A DNA stretch of 64,000 nt from Paraspadella gotoi (GCA_051294375.1 CM119263.1:1391690-1455689); one strand, 5' to 3'. Positions 13,126 through 35,439 are shown, numbered from the stretch's first letter. The notes: generated by a model from the letters alone, not told the origin. Program-made: numbers and translations.

Positions 13126-14131
13126 AAGGTGAGATAGAGAGAGAGGAAAAGAGAAAGAAGAAAAGAGAAATAGAGAGAACGAGCGGTTGTGTCATGATCT
13201 CATCACAATTCTACGAGTGGACTCGCGTAATTGATACTCAATGATGAAGATCCTGTAGGAGGATCTGGAGGAAGAGGAGGAGGAGGAGGAGGAAGAGGAG
13301 GGGGAGATGGATTATGTAAGAGAAAGGAGAACGATACAGATAGGGAGGAGAGAGATAAAACGAGGAAGTAAGAAAAAAGGAGAAAAATAAAAATGAAGGA
13401 AGGTTTTTGGGGGAGGAAAGAGAGAAAGAAGAAAAAGGAAATGAGAGGAGGAAAGGAGGAAAGAGAAAGAAGAAAAAGAAAATGAGAGGTGGAAGGGAGG
13501 AAAGAGAGAAAGAAGAAAAAGAAAATGAGAGGAAGAAGAGAGGAAAGAGAGAAAGAAGAAAAAGAAAATGGCAGGAAGAAGGGAGGAAAGAGTGAAAGAA
13601 GAAAAAGAAAATGAGAGGAGGAAGGGAGGAAAGAGAGAAAGAATAAAAAAGAAATGAGAGGAGGAAGGGAGGAAAGAGAGAAAGAAGAAAAAAGAAATGA
13701 GAGTTGGAAAAAGAGGAAGGGAGGAAAGGAAAGAGACCCGATTCGTCGTCATTGCGTCTCAAATTATAACGGATTCAGGAAACGTTCTCTCCTTTTTTCT
13801 CTTCTTTTTAGAAAAAAGAAAAAAACCCAAATGACCCAAGAAATAAAGGAAAGGAAGGAAAAAGAAAACGGGAGTCTGCAGATCAGAGAGAAGAAAGGCT
13901 GAGGAGAAAGAGTGAGAACAAGTTTGAGCAAATAATGTCGGATCTGCCAACGATCATTATCGGTAATTAAATAATTAATTAATAATTAATTTAAGTTAAT
14001 TAATTATTTCATTAATTAATAATTCATTTATTCAAGTTAATTATTTAATTAATTAGGTAATTGCATTGACATTAAAAATAAAAAGAAAAAAAAGCATAAT
14101 CAATTAGTTAAACAGGTTTTTTGTTTTTTCC

Positions 14132-14600
14132 ATTTAAACTTATTTCCACTCTGACGATTCCATCGAAACTTGATTTTCAGTTTAATCACACACTTTTTTA
14201 CCCAAATACAAAATTTCAAGCCAATCGCCCTATCCATTTATGAGTAATTGGTGTTCAAATATTTAAACTCATTTCCACTCGGACGATTCCATCGAAACTT
14301 CATATCCAGCTCAATCACACACTTCCATACTCACACACAAAATTTCATTTCAATCCATCCATCCAATCAGGAGTAATTGGTGTTTTTTGCTAAGGTGGGA
14401 CGGACGGACGGATGGACGGACAGATGGATGGATGGATGGACGGACGGACGCACAGACAGACAGACAGACAGACGGACTGACGGACATCATTTTTTTTGCA
14501 TAATTTATCATAATTCAATGTTCTGACATGATATAAGTGTGTGCCCGACAATATTGAGGGGGCGGACCAATGGACCGACAAAGTTAATTATAGAGTCGGG
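14132..14600 (-). mobile_element. Helentron/Helitron-associated element with two ~129-bp internal tandem units and a (GGAC/AGAC)n tract
   Basis: TTTAAACT.ATTTCCACTC.GACGATTCCATCGAAACTT...ACAAAATTTCA...GAGTAATTGGTGTT occurs twice; ends in GACCGACAAAGT.A.TTATAGAGTCG like the family B termini. Confidence 0.6.
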
Positions 14601-14907
14601 ATCTGCTGATAAGCAGATCCGACTAATAAGAGGTGAAATAAAATAGTGAAAAAAGATGGTCAAGTCAAAGTGTGACATGAAATAATGAGTATGAAGGGGA
14701 AATTGAGAAGAGATAAAATATTTAGTGAAAAACGTGAATAACATGATGAAAGGAAATACTAGTGAAAGTGTGAAAGTGTTAAAAAGATAAGAAATGATTG
14801 ATGGAGCATGGAGAGAGATATGAGTGCCATGGCGAGAATAGGGTCAACAGATGAGTTATGAAAGAGGGAGAGTTATGAGAGAGAAAGATTTCAGCAAAAA
14901 AATGAGA

Positions 14908-14965
<58 letters not shown>

Positions 14966-15421
14966 GCTTGTGCAGACCGCGAAAAGGCGACACTCCGGCG
15001 TCTCACTGAAAAATTTTTAATCTCTCCCTCATTTTCATCCGCTTTTTCGCAAGATTAATCGTCGTCGTCGTCGTCGTCGTTTTCATAGTCGTCGTCGTCG
15101 TCTTCGTCGTCCTCTTTAATCATTCCATTCTCTTTTCCTTTATTTTCTCTCAATTCTAATCGTCAGCCAAGGTTCTTGTTCCATTTTCCTTTTTTATTTC
15201 CTAACGAAAATATCATTGGACTAATCCTCGCCGGAGGAGGAGCATTTCTAAGAATTCCCCAGTCACGCATTAACATCATTAATCACTACAGCCACTGCAG
15301 CTTCTTCCGGATCGGAGATCTACCGAAATTGTTTAACCTTCGGTTATTATTTTTTTTTGATGAGTTTTGAGCATAAAATTGATTATTTAATCATAAAATT
15401 AGTTACAAAGTCTATTTAATA

Positions 15422-15690
15422 GGGTTAGCCCCACTCAAAATAGAAAACATAAAACAATTTAAAAGATATATATGTCTTGTTTAACTTTTTAAGCTCTATC
15501 AGAATCCCAAAAAAATTTTAAGATTTAAATTTTTTTTCTATATAGTAATATAATAAGTTTAATTAGGCTAGTACCCTCAGAAGAAAGCATTTTTGAAAAA
15601 AAATATTTTAATACCATAATCTATGCTCAGGATAGATTATTTTAACGCTGTATACCTTAGTGTTTAAATTTCATTGGCTATGGCTATTTC
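15422..15690. mobile_element. Internally deleted copy of the TA-flanked MITE (family M)
   Basis: TA|GGGTTAGCCCCACTCAA ... GGCTATGGCTATTTC|TA; about 200 bp align to 38043-38263. Confidence 0.7.
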
Positions 15691-16058
15691 TAAGTAATAA
15701 ACATTTTTTTCGTCACTAAACTTTTGAAAAGTTAAAAATATAAAAATGTATCCATTTACCCAGTTTTCTGTGAAAAGTAACTAAGAAAAAACAAAAAATC
15801 CTCCATTTTTGTTGATTTTCCATGACTCGAAACGGTTACTTAATTAATTTCGTGTTCTGTTAATTTTCTGTTGATATGTTTGTATGCATCGGCATATAAG
15901 ACGAATAAAATTTTTTCCTAAGAAAGCTTTCTTGGGAAAATGATCCCCCCAAAAAATTCTTTCGCCTCACATCATCTGTCTCATTCATCTCAACCAAGCT
16001 TTCTGGGAATAATTTTCTCTCTTCACGACTTTGGTCTCTCTCTCTCTCTCTCTCTCTC

Positions 16059-16346
16059 NNNNNNNNNNNNNNNNNNNNNNNNNNNNNNNNNNNNNNNNNN
16101 NNNNNNNNNNNNNNNNNNNNNNNNNNNNNNNNNNNNNNNNNNNNNNNNNNNNNNNNNNNNNNNNNNNNNNNNNNNNNNNNNNNNNNNNNNNNNNNNNNNN
16201 NNNNNNNNNNNNNNNNNNNNNNNNNNNNNNNNNNNNNNNNNNNNNNNNNNNNNNNNNNNNNNNNNNNNNNNNNNNNNNNNNNNNNNNNNNNNNNNNNNNN
16301 NNNNNNNNNNNNNNNNNNNNNNNNNNNNNNNNNNNNNNNNNNNNNN
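16059..16346. other. Assembly gap (288 N) next to a (CT)n run
   Basis: N run. Confidence 1.
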
Positions 16347-16452
16347 ACGGGTGATGCTAATAAACGTGAAAAAGTTGTTTAAAGAAAGGATGAAACAAAG
16401 TTGGTAAATGAAAGTTGGGTTAGAATGGATTGATTCCCGGGGAAAAATATAT

Positions 16453-16502
<50 letters not shown>

Positions 16503-16764
16503 GAGGAGAGAGAGAGAGACGAGGAGAGAGAGAGCACGAGGAAAAATGTAATAAATCCAATGGACCGCTTGTTTAAGGGACTGTCTGGAAAAGAAAAGAT
16601 AATAGTGTAAGAAATGAGAGGGAGAGAGGGCGAGAGGGAGAGAGGGAGTTTCCAAAATTGGTTCAGGGAATTTGGAATTCTCTTCAAGGAAAAACCCGCG
16701 CATCCGAATCGCAATTGAAGCGCGGATTTTATGTGAGTCATCATTTGCCTCAATTCACAAAAAA

Positions 16765-17010
16765 ATAAAAAAACAGGAACGTTGATTCCAATGTGTTGCG
16801 CCGAAGTTACTTTATTTTCATGTTTATGACAAGACGTGACATGACTAAAAAACTTTTATGACATGCACTGCATCGAAATTTTAGTTTTCGGATTTCCTGA
16901 AAGACAGACCGACAGACCGACAGACAGACCGACAGACAGACCGACAGACAGACCGACAGACCAACCAAAAAGTGACTAAATAGAGTTGCTCCGCGGAGCA
17001 ACTAAAAAAA
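16765..17010 (-). mobile_element. Family B Helentron-associated element (duplicated at ~25222-25468)
   Basis: (GACA/GACC)n tract, AAGTGACTAAATAG, perfect 20-bp palindrome AGTTGCTCCGCGGAGCAACT (16984-17003) next to an A-run. Confidence 0.7.
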
Positions 17011-18255
17011 GATAAAAAAGAACGACGTGATATGACCTTTAGTCTTCGTGGGTTTTCATGGGATTCATTATGAGGTAAAAGTTGATCGGTGACTAAGACT
17101 GAGAATAATGACAATACTGAAAGTGAAAATAAAGTTATAAAGAAAAACTTAAAACTGACCAACTAAAAAGAGTTTTTGAAACTGGTTAAGTTGAAAAAAA
17201 AAGCCCGAAGAAGCAAAATACAAGCCAAGAACAAGCAGGAAAAAGTGAAAATCGTGTGAAAAAAAGCAGAAAACACGGTAACAAGCGAAGGCGGCCCTCG
17301 CAATAAAACTTTTTCCTCAACTCAATTTTACCGGCAAATGCGTCGTTCCGCCTGCCGATTGCCGATTGCCAACAGCCAACTCCGACTGCTTATACTATAG
17401 ATGCCTGAAAACTTCCAACAGCCAACTACCACCTGCCAACGTCCACTTTCGCTCTGCCGACCGCCGATTGCCGACTACACACTGAGTAATGCGTATTGCC
17501 GCCTGCCAACAACCAACTTCTGACTATCGTCTGTCAACAGGCAACAGCCAACTCAGACTGCATATTGCCGCCTGCCGACTTCCGCCTGACGACTTACGCC
17601 TGACGACTGTGGGAAATCGACGCATCATCTCAGATTCTTTATTTCCTTTTTCTTTCTTACGAATTCACGATTTCTTTTTTTTTTTCTTTTTTTTTCTTTC
17701 TTAAATCTCTCGACGACCGTTTGGCGTTGAGCTCAGTTTTATTGCTTATTTTTTCGTCTAAAAAACAATTCGACTCTGAATGTTAAAAAGATTTATATTT
17801 TATTTTAAAAAAATTTTGAGATTTTTTTTTTTCGGTTGGATTTGACTTCTAAAATCCAGGCTTGCGATTCAATCCCAAGATTTTTGGTTAAATTTTGTTG
17901 TCTTTACGATTCATTTTAAGATTTTTGCTCCTAAGTTGTTTGGGCCATTCTCAATAACATTTTCACCTTTCCCATTTTTAGGTTAAATTAAATAATTTGT
18001 AATTGTTTGTTATTTGTCAATAACATTTTTACATTTTACATTATCAGTTTAGAAAACTAACTATTTTATTTTAAAAAAGGGAACGAGGTTTAGATCCTGA
18101 ATTCGTTCGCCATTTTCAATATCGTTTTCAACTTTCCCTTTTCAGTTGCTAACGGAAAACAGGTTCTAAGTTTCCATTTGTTTTCCTTTTTTCCCCAAGT
18201 TTTTTATCGACCCCTAGACGACGTTTCCGATCCCAAGATTCCAAAGGAGGGAAAT

Positions 18256-18292
<37 letters not shown>

Positions 18293-18816
18293 TCGTCGTC
18301 ACTTTTCCTTCCGGGGTTTCTCTAAAAATTTCCTCTGGGACGCGAAGCAACATTGGCGTTCTGGAATCTGGATGCGATCCCGCCAAGATGGAGATGCGAA
18401 TATATATGCGAATATTTAATGAGAATAAAAGCTTCGTTTGCGATCACTGTCTCCATGAAGGGAAATTCACAAATATTCTAATATATGTAGATTTATGGGC
18501 TTCCAGTTGACAGTTGATATTTAATTAATTTACAATTCCAGAATTGAATATTTAATCAAGTGATTACATTTGTGATGAAGAAACGGAAAGTGAAGTAACT
18601 TAAGGAGATGCGAAATGCAGATGTCGCCTGTGCAGATGTCCCGAGATTTCAACAGGTGCCCGGATGCCCCTCGTCGCGATGAGTGCAACCGAGGCGGAGA
18701 TTCGCCAGATGCGCTCAATTGATTGCATCTAGCACCGAGGCGTCGGCATCGCTCGATGAAGAAACGACCTTGAGAAAGAGAGAGAGAGAGGAACGAGAAG
18801 GAGAGGAGAGAGATGA

Positions 18817-18858
<42 letters not shown>

Positions 18859-19830
18859 GGAAATGGGACGGAGGAAAAAAAATGAACTGAACGGAAAGAG
18901 TTTTGAAAGAGAATTAATAAAGAAAAGGTAAAGAAAAGAAAAGAGAGAAAAGAAAAGAAAAAAGAAAAGAAAAGAATTGGGAGACAAAGTAATGAGGCGA
19001 CGAAAAGACGATAGGAGAAGGAAGAGAGAGGTGAGAAAAGAGGAGGAGAGAGAGGAAATTGAAAAGAGGAGATAGGAGAAAGAAAAGAGAGGTGAGGAAA
19101 GAGGAGGGGAGAGAGGAAATTGAAAAGAGGAGATAGGAGAATAGAGGAGAGAGGAGAGAAAAGTGGATAGGAGAAGAGAAAAAAGAGAAGAGAGGAGAGA
19201 AAAACGGATAGGAGAAGGGGAAAAGAGAGAAGAGAGGAGAGAAAAAAGAAGAGGAGAAAAGGAAAGTAGGAAAGAGAAAAGAGGAAAGATAAACAGTCGA
19301 ATAGTCATGAGGAAAGATGAGATAAAAGAGAGAATTAAGCAAAAGAGAAATTCCGCATAAAATGAAGAGAATCGATGAAGTTTCTTCTTTTGACGCAGTC
19401 TCGATTTGACGCAGTTCTTGACGCAGTCTTTGACTCAGCCTCGATTCGCTTTAGGGTCGAGGTCGAATCGAGTTGAATCGATGGAACTCTTCAAATAAGT
19501 ATTAATATTATTACTTCAAATAACGCAAGTATTAATCTTTTTACTTGCGTCGGTCATATTTGATTAACTTACTAAGTTTGCTATGGAGGTCTGATTTGAA
19601 CCGGATCCATAATCCATGGATCTGTAGGTCTTGCAAGAGAGCAAGACCTACTGATCCATAATCTATGGATCTGTAGGTCTTGCAAGAGAGCAACAGACGT
19701 TTTTCCATCCATGAATTTCCGAGACTGAGTATTTTTGGTCTCTTGCTTCAGACCCCAAGAGCATCTGGCAACGTTGCCTCTGTCTCCATGGAATCTTTTT
19801 TCTTCTGGCATCACCATCGCTGCTGGCACT

Positions 19831-19944
<114 letters not shown>

Positions 19945-20579
19945 CCCTCCATTTGCGGTGGGGCGACCCATGGCACTTCCACCGCCTTTGGATATTCCAC
20001 GTGGCTTCGCCATTGCGCCCCTTTGGTTCCCCCTTCCCCTCCGACACCCTCTCCCCTTCGCCCTTCCTCTCCCCTTCCTCTCTCCTCTTCCTCTCTCCCT
20101 TTTTTCCTTCCCCTTCCTCTCTCCCTTCCTCTTCTCCCTTCCTCTTCCCCTTCTCCCTTCCCTTTCAAAAAAAAAAAGAAAGGTAATCGCGCGGAATATT
20201 TCCCGATAACGATCGCTATTCTGCTTGGGGAATATTTAATTTAGAAGATAAAAGCTAAACGACTATTTTGGTACGAAATTGGTACAACCAATATGTATCT
20301 TTAATCAATTATCTAACATTTGAACTATTTAATTATCAAGAGCAAGACGGCGATGGAATCAAATTGTTTGGAGAGTTTTTACTTAAAATTACTATTATTA
20401 CTGTTATATAGCGCTAAATAAATACTGTTTAAATTTAATTTAAAGTTATCAAAATGTATGTAGTACATAACATTTTCTACTGTGTTTGAAGACTAATATT
20501 TAACTCACACTCACACACATTAAAAAAGTGTGAGAGAGGGAGGGGCCGAAGAGGGTCAGGGGAAAACGAGAGAGATCAA

Positions 20580-21230
20580 GGAAAAAGACGGGAGAAGGAA
20601 GAGGGGAGGAAGGAGAGAAAGATAAGGAGGAAGAGAGGAGGAACAGGAAGAAGAAAAAGAAATATGAAGAGGAAGTGAGGAGTAAGAGGAAGAAGAAAAA
20701 GAAATGTCAATAGGAAGAGAGGAGGAAAAGGAAGAAGAAAAAGAAAAGTAAAAAGGAAGAGAGGAGGAAGAGGAAGAAGAAAGAGAAGGGTAAAGAAGAA
20801 GAAAGAAGGAAGAGGAAGAAGAAGAAGAAATGTAAAGAGGAAGAGAGAAGGAAGAGGAAAAAGAAAAAGAAATGTAAAGAGGAAGAGAGGAGGAAGAGGA
20901 AGAAGAAAAAGAAATGTAAAGAGGAAGAGAGGAACTGGATGAACAGGAAGAAGAAAGAAAAGGGTAAAGAGGAAGGGAGGAGGAAGAGGAAGAAGAAAAA
21001 GAAATGTAAAGAAAAAGAGAGGAGGAATAGGAGGAAGAGGAAGAAGAAAGAGAAGAGTAAAAAGGAAGAGAGGAGGAAGAGGAAGAAGAAAAGGAAATGT
21101 AAAGAAGAAGAGAGGAGGAATAGGAAGAACAGGAAGAAGAAAGAGAAGGGTAAAAGGGAAGAGAGAAGGAAGAGGAAAAAGAGGAAGAACTGTAAAAAGA
21201 GAAGGGTAAAGAGGAAGAGAGAGGAGGAAA
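20580..21230. repeat. ~42-bp purine-rich minisatellite (GAGGAAGAAGAAAAAGAAATGTAAAGAGGAAGAGAG)
   Basis: Direct reading; explains the Ser/Phe-rich minus-strand ORFs. Confidence 0.9.
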
Positions 21231-21642
21231 GAGATTCGGCCGAGGTTCCGGATTCTGACCAACCGGAATAAAAAAAAAGGGAAATTGGAAATCCAAGGAC
21301 CAAATCTCCATAAACGGAGTTGATGACGCGCGGCGCCGGCCGCGCCCGTGACATGCCGACCACGATGCCAGTGTCGGGTCAGTGCCACGCCTTGAATACG
21401 ACGCCGTTGCAGCGCGGCATTTTTTTAGCTGAGCAAAAGGACGCCGGTAGGGGCAGCCAGAGAGACGACGCCGACCCAATATACACTGACGACGATTCCA
21501 TTCGCTTTTTGAACATCTCTCTACTTTAGAGTGTGAAAAATGTGAGATTTGGATTTCTGATTTAACAAAATAAAAGAGTTTAATTTTACTAAACCAAATA
21601 AAAATGAAATGTGTCATTATTTAAATATATTTAAATAGATGT

Positions 21643-21705
21643 ATGGACGGACAGACTGGTAAAGTGACTTATAGAGTCGCGCGTCGATTACGCGACTAAA
21701 AAAAA
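21643..21705 (-). mobile_element. Terminal fragment of a Helentron-associated element (duplicated at ~30147-30210)
   Basis: GGACGGACAGAC...AAAGTGACTTATAGAGTCGCG...CGCGACTAAAAA: terminal hairpin plus A-run. Confidence 0.65.
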
Positions 21706-22379
21706 AAAAGAAATCGATGAAAATCGCGGGAAAAACTGGTGAGAGTTGGAAACCAGTCGACTCGGCCGGAGAGAGAAGGATGAGAAAAATACGTGAGAAG
21801 AGGAGGAAAGAGAAGAGACTGAAAAGAGAAGAGAAAGATGGAGGGGAGAGAAAAAAAAGATGGAGGAAAGAGAGAAGAAAGAAAAGAGAAGATATAGATG
21901 GAGGAAAGAGAGAAGAAAGATAAGAGATTGGTAAAACTGAATGAGACAGAGAAGAATGAGAAGAAAAAAAAAGAAAAAAAGAGAAGAGAAGAGAAGAGGA
22001 GAAGGAAAAAAGAGGTGGGAGAGAAATTGTTATGAAGCATTTATTTTGTTGTTTTGTTTTTTAACTGAATCAAGTATTGCAGATGTCGCGCCTATCCTTT
22101 GCTAACATTTAACATTTGAGACAGAATGAATGAGTACAAAAATGGTCAGCTATTTATAGTCGACAATCGGATCAACGACATGGGCTCGGTTTCCCGATGG
22201 CATGAAGCCCGTCTTCTCATTGGTTGATTCCCGACGATGATTCATCCAATCGGCGAGTCCTTGGTAGATTTCATCCGAGTCGCGGATCCGATTCAATTCT
22301 TGGTTCTGATTCCATCTGAAATGCTAAGAATAATTCTCAATAAGAAGCTTTGTAGCAAAGTTAATGTTAAAATGGGACA

Positions 22380-22830
22380 ATGAGAAAAGAAAAGGGAAAT
22401 GAGAAAAGAAAAGGGAAATGAGAAAGGGAAATGAGAGAAATGAGAAAGAGAAAGGGAAATAAGAAAAAAATGAGAAAAGAAAAGGGAAATGAGAAAGGAA
22501 AAAGGGAAATGAGAAAAGAAAAGGAAATGAAAGAAAAGAAAGGGAAATGAGAAAGAAAGGGAAATGAGAAAGAAAAGGGAAATGAGAAAGGGAAAAGGAA
22601 ATAAGAAAGGGCAAGGAAATGAGAATAAGGAAAATGAGAAAGGAAAGGGAAATGAGAAAGGTAAAGGGAAATGAGAAAGAGAAAGGGAAATGAGAAAGGG
22701 AAAGGGAAATGAGATAGAGAAAGGGAAATGAGAAAGATTATGGAAATGAGAAAGGGAAAAGGATAAAAAGGCAAGGGAAATGAGAAAGGTAAAGGGAAGT
22801 GAGAAAGAGAAAGGGAAATGAGAAAGGGAA
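22380..22830. repeat. ~18-20 bp minisatellite GGAAATGAGAAAGRRAAAGG
   Basis: Direct reading. Confidence 0.92.
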
Positions 22831-23133
22831 AGAGAAACAAAGATTTTGTCGGAGGTAGAGAAAAAATTACAATCGCCAAAGCGAGGAGGTAAGTCGCGCG
22901 ATGAAACGAACTCACCCTCTGAACGAGTTGGAAGCTCGACTTCACTTCTGCTTCAATCTCGGTTCCAGGAAACTAATTTAACGAGATGATGACGACGACG
23001 ACGACGACATCGGTGACGACGACGACGACGACATCGGTGACGACGACGACGACGACGACATCGGTGACGACGACAAGGACAGATTCACTGCCATTAGTCG
23101 ACTTAAAAAAGTCTCGAGTTACCGAATTCAATC

Positions 23134-23208
<75 letters not shown>

Positions 23209-23236
23209 TTATTTCCTTCTAACGGTCGTGCTTTCA

Positions 23237-23307
<71 letters not shown>

Positions 23308-23334
23308 TATTTCCTTCTAACGGCCGTGCTTTCA

Positions 23335-23411
<77 letters not shown>

Positions 23412-23731
23412 ATTTCCTTCTAACGGCCGTGCTTTCATCCATCGTTTGCCTTTGGCTCCTGAGTTGAAAAGAGAAAAATGAAAAAATAAAAAAGTGTAAA
23501 GAATAAAAAAAACTAAGGAAGAAAAAGAAAAGAAGGAAAAAGAAAGAAAAGACAAAAATGAAAAGAAAAGAACAGACAACAAGGAAAAAGAAAAGAACAG
23601 ACAATAAGAAAAGAAAAGAAAAGACAAAAAGGAAAAAGAAAAAAGGCAAGAAGGAAAAAAAAAGAAAGACAAGAAGGAAAAAAAAAAGATTCATTCCGAT
23701 CTCACCTCTTTTTTTTTTCTTTCCCAGGAAA

Positions 23732-23780
<49 letters not shown>

Positions 23781-24056
23781 GTGATCACCGAAAATTCACG
23801 TAAAACAAATCCATATTTTTTTGTTATTTCTCAAATTCGCCTTTTCTCAATTTACTACTCTTTTAAAATAACCAATAAATAAAACAAATCACAGTTTACT
23901 TTGAGACAAATAGTGTTTTTAATAATGAATTAAATTTTCCGCGCTCCGATTTTCAGTTACCATCGTGACTTCTTTAACGACAACAACGACAACTACAACG
24001 ACAACAACGAGGCCGCATCTCCTCTTCTTTGGTTGAAACTTTGATCGATGACGACA

Positions 24057-24447
24057 AAAGAATTAGAAAAAGAATTAAAAAAGAATTAGAAAAGAATTAG
24101 AAAATAAATTAGAAAAGAATTAAAAAAGAATTTGAAAATAAGTTAGAAAATAATTAAAAAAAGAATTAGAAAATGAGTTAGAAAATGAATTAAAAAATGA
24201 ATTAGAAAAAATAATTAGAAAAATAATTAGAAAAAGAATTAGAAAAAGAATTAAAAAAAAATTAGAAAAAGAATTTAAAGAAGAATTAGAAAAAGAATTA
24301 GAAAAAGAATTAAAAAAGAATTAGAAAAAGAATTAGAAAAAGAATTAGAAAAGGAATTAAAAAAAGAATTAGAAAAAGAATTAAAAAAAAATTAGAAAAA
24401 GAATTAAAAAAGTATTTGAAAAAGTGTTAAAACAAGAATTAGAAAAA
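24057..24447. repeat. 12-bp minisatellite AAAAAGAATTAG (duplicated at 32399-32795)
   Basis: Direct reading. Confidence 0.95.
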
Positions 24448-25069
24448 GGGAAAAACGAGAAAAGTGAAAAAAGGAAAGAATTGCACAAAAATAGAATTGC
24501 CAGTTTTGGAATGAAAGGCCACTGGCACTATACCCATAGAACCTGTATTATCATTTAAACTATTTATTTATTATTTTTTTATCCACAAACATTCTTTTTT
24601 TTATTATTCTTTCTATTATAAGTATATATAAAACTGTCTTGAAGAAAAAGTATGTTTCAAACAAATCCTATGCGACTCTACGGTCAATAAAGTCTCCAAT
24701 TCCTTTTAACTTATTCCATTCGATTCCATTACTTTCAAAAAAATTTCATTCCATTTCATTTTTTTACATTCATTTCAATTACATTACATTTTATTTCTTT
24801 CCATTCATTTAAATTAAATTCCAACTCGTTCTATTATTCCTTATCATTGCGTGCAATTCCGCTGATTCCCTTCCATTACATATGCCATTCAGTTTCATTA
24901 CATTCTCATTCATTCACCTCATTCCATTTAACTCTTATTCCATTTCATTCCATTTCATTACATTCCGTTTACTTCCATTTCATTTCACTTCATTCCAATT
25001 AATTTAATTGATTCAAATATCACATCCTTAATTCTCCCAACTTCTGCTCATTCGAAGTTAAACTCTCGG

Positions 25070-25094
25070 NNNNNNNNNNNNNNNNNNNNNNNNN
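25070..25094. other. Exactly 25-N gap between the two 8.4-kb copies
   Basis: Counted 1+10+14 N. Confidence 1.
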
Positions 25095-33422
<8,328 letters not shown>

Positions 33423-33690
33423 CACTGTTTTCTGAAAGCGTACAATTTCTTTTCGTAATCTGTAAACTGAATTTTATTTTTACCAAATTCGTAACCCTAA
33501 TCCTTAATCCTTAATCTTATCCCCTAACTGTATAACTTAATCTTTAATCCCTAACCAAATTTTTAATTTTAAGACTAATTCCTCACTCTAACTTAATACC
33601 TATCCTTTACCCATTACTTTTATTTTAAAACCTTAAAATTTATTTGATTATGAATTTAAGATGAAATAAGGCGCTTTTGGTAAATATGTC
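33423..33690 (-). mobile_element. Family T copy
   Basis: CCTAATCC core; end GATGAAATAAGGCGCTTTTGGTAAATA is the reverse complement of the family T left end. Confidence 0.5.
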
Positions 33691-33800
33691 ATAGTCATTT
33701 AAAGAAATAAACTTCGTCGTTTGTAAACAAAAACAAACTTTGTTTTCTCTCTCAAGGTAAATATGTCCAAAGTCGGCATATTTGCTTCTCCTGTCCTTGT

Positions 33801-33861
<61 letters not shown>

Positions 33862-35175
33862 CTCATCAATTTTTCAAGCAAAAACAAAAGAGCAACGCAA
33901 TGAAAAATTGAGGAGCGATGTATTTTTAATCATGTATCGTTTTCCCCGTCTCGTCCGCCTGAGGGCGCCTTGTAGAGCGTCCCGTTTTAATTTTTAAGTC
34001 GACTTCGAGTTCGAAGGAAAAAAAAACAAAATGGCGGATGAAAACAAGTTTCTCGTCTCGTTTGTTTCGCTTTTTTGACGTCTCAGCCGGAAGTGAGAAA
34101 CGCTAGCCGTCGTCGCCGCCGCCGCCACCGCCGCAGCCGCAGCCGCAAAAGTCCCTAGCTACCGACTCTGCCGCTTCCGCCGCAGCCGCTTCCACCAAGA
34201 TCTTAGTTACCGTCTCAGCTGCCGTGGCGGCATCTGCAGCCGCCCCAACGCCGCAGCGGCAGCTTCAGCCCTCGACCTCGCGGGCGTCGTTCCCCTCAAA
34301 CAAAAAAAGAAGTTTTTTTCAAATTGTCTTTTTTTTGTTATTCTCTGCGTCGCCAGCTAAAATATTTGGTCTCTTTGGTTACTGAAATAAAAATTATCTA
34401 AGAATAACAAAAACTTGAAAGAAAAAAAAATCTCAATAAAAAGATTGTCAAAAATTATTCATCGACAATTTTTTAAAAAAAACTCCGTGAATCTGCGAAC
34501 ATATAACTAAAGTTGAAGAAAAACTGCGAATTAAAAAAAATATATTGATTACCAGTTGTAAAGTATTGTAAGTATTAAAATATTTTTTGTCGATGGATTC
34601 TAACCGAGCATAAAAAGTTAAACAAGAAATATAATTACAGTTTTTAAAAAACCTCAGTCTGTCCAGTGAATCACGTCGGCGTTACCAATGTGGCGGATAA
34701 TCGATGTCCGTCCAGAACCGGAAGAAGGCGTTGTAGACACGATCGGCGTCGCCACGTGCGTCAAGCTTGTTGCAGTTCAAATGCTTGAGAAGAATCATAA
34801 AAGTCTCCAAAACCAACTTCGTTAATAAAAATTATTACCTTAATAAAATAAAGCATATAGCGGCGGGTTTCGGGTTGCGGTGTGTCACCTTTTAGGTTTA
34901 ATTTAGGAATTTTAGTTTTTGGATTATATTATTGTTTTTTAAATATATTTAGATTAAAGTAAAAAATAAAATTAAATTAAATTGAGAGCCGACGTGGCCT
35001 TGAGGATAATAATCGTTAATAATAGCAGAAACAACGACCACATAACGTGACAAGGAAGATCGAGAACAGCGTTTCTCTCGTCGATAAAACAAAGTAGCAA
35101 CGGACGAAATGATGTACATACAACCACGCAATACAATGAAAGCTTGAAAATATTCTAAGCGAATGTCTCTCTCTT

Positions 35176-35268
<93 letters not shown>

Positions 35269-35439
35269 AAGGAAGGAGGCGTTGCGCCGTTGCTCTTATG
35301 CGGTTTAAAGGGGAGAAAAGAGAGAAAGGGTTAAAAAGCCTCTCAAAGTTTCCCTTGGGGAGCGAGGAGGGAGATTCGCTGAGTTTGTTTGTGGCATCTT
35401 TAGTTTTTGTCACTTCCTTCTAACGTTTCCTGCGGCTGG

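Noticed and set aside
14150-14172. CTGACGATTCCATCGAAAC, and similar CTGACGA...GAAA strings at ~17600 and ~48094, as hammerheads
   Set aside because: No adequate helix II and/or no cleavage triplet; the first lies inside a Helitron-type repeat.
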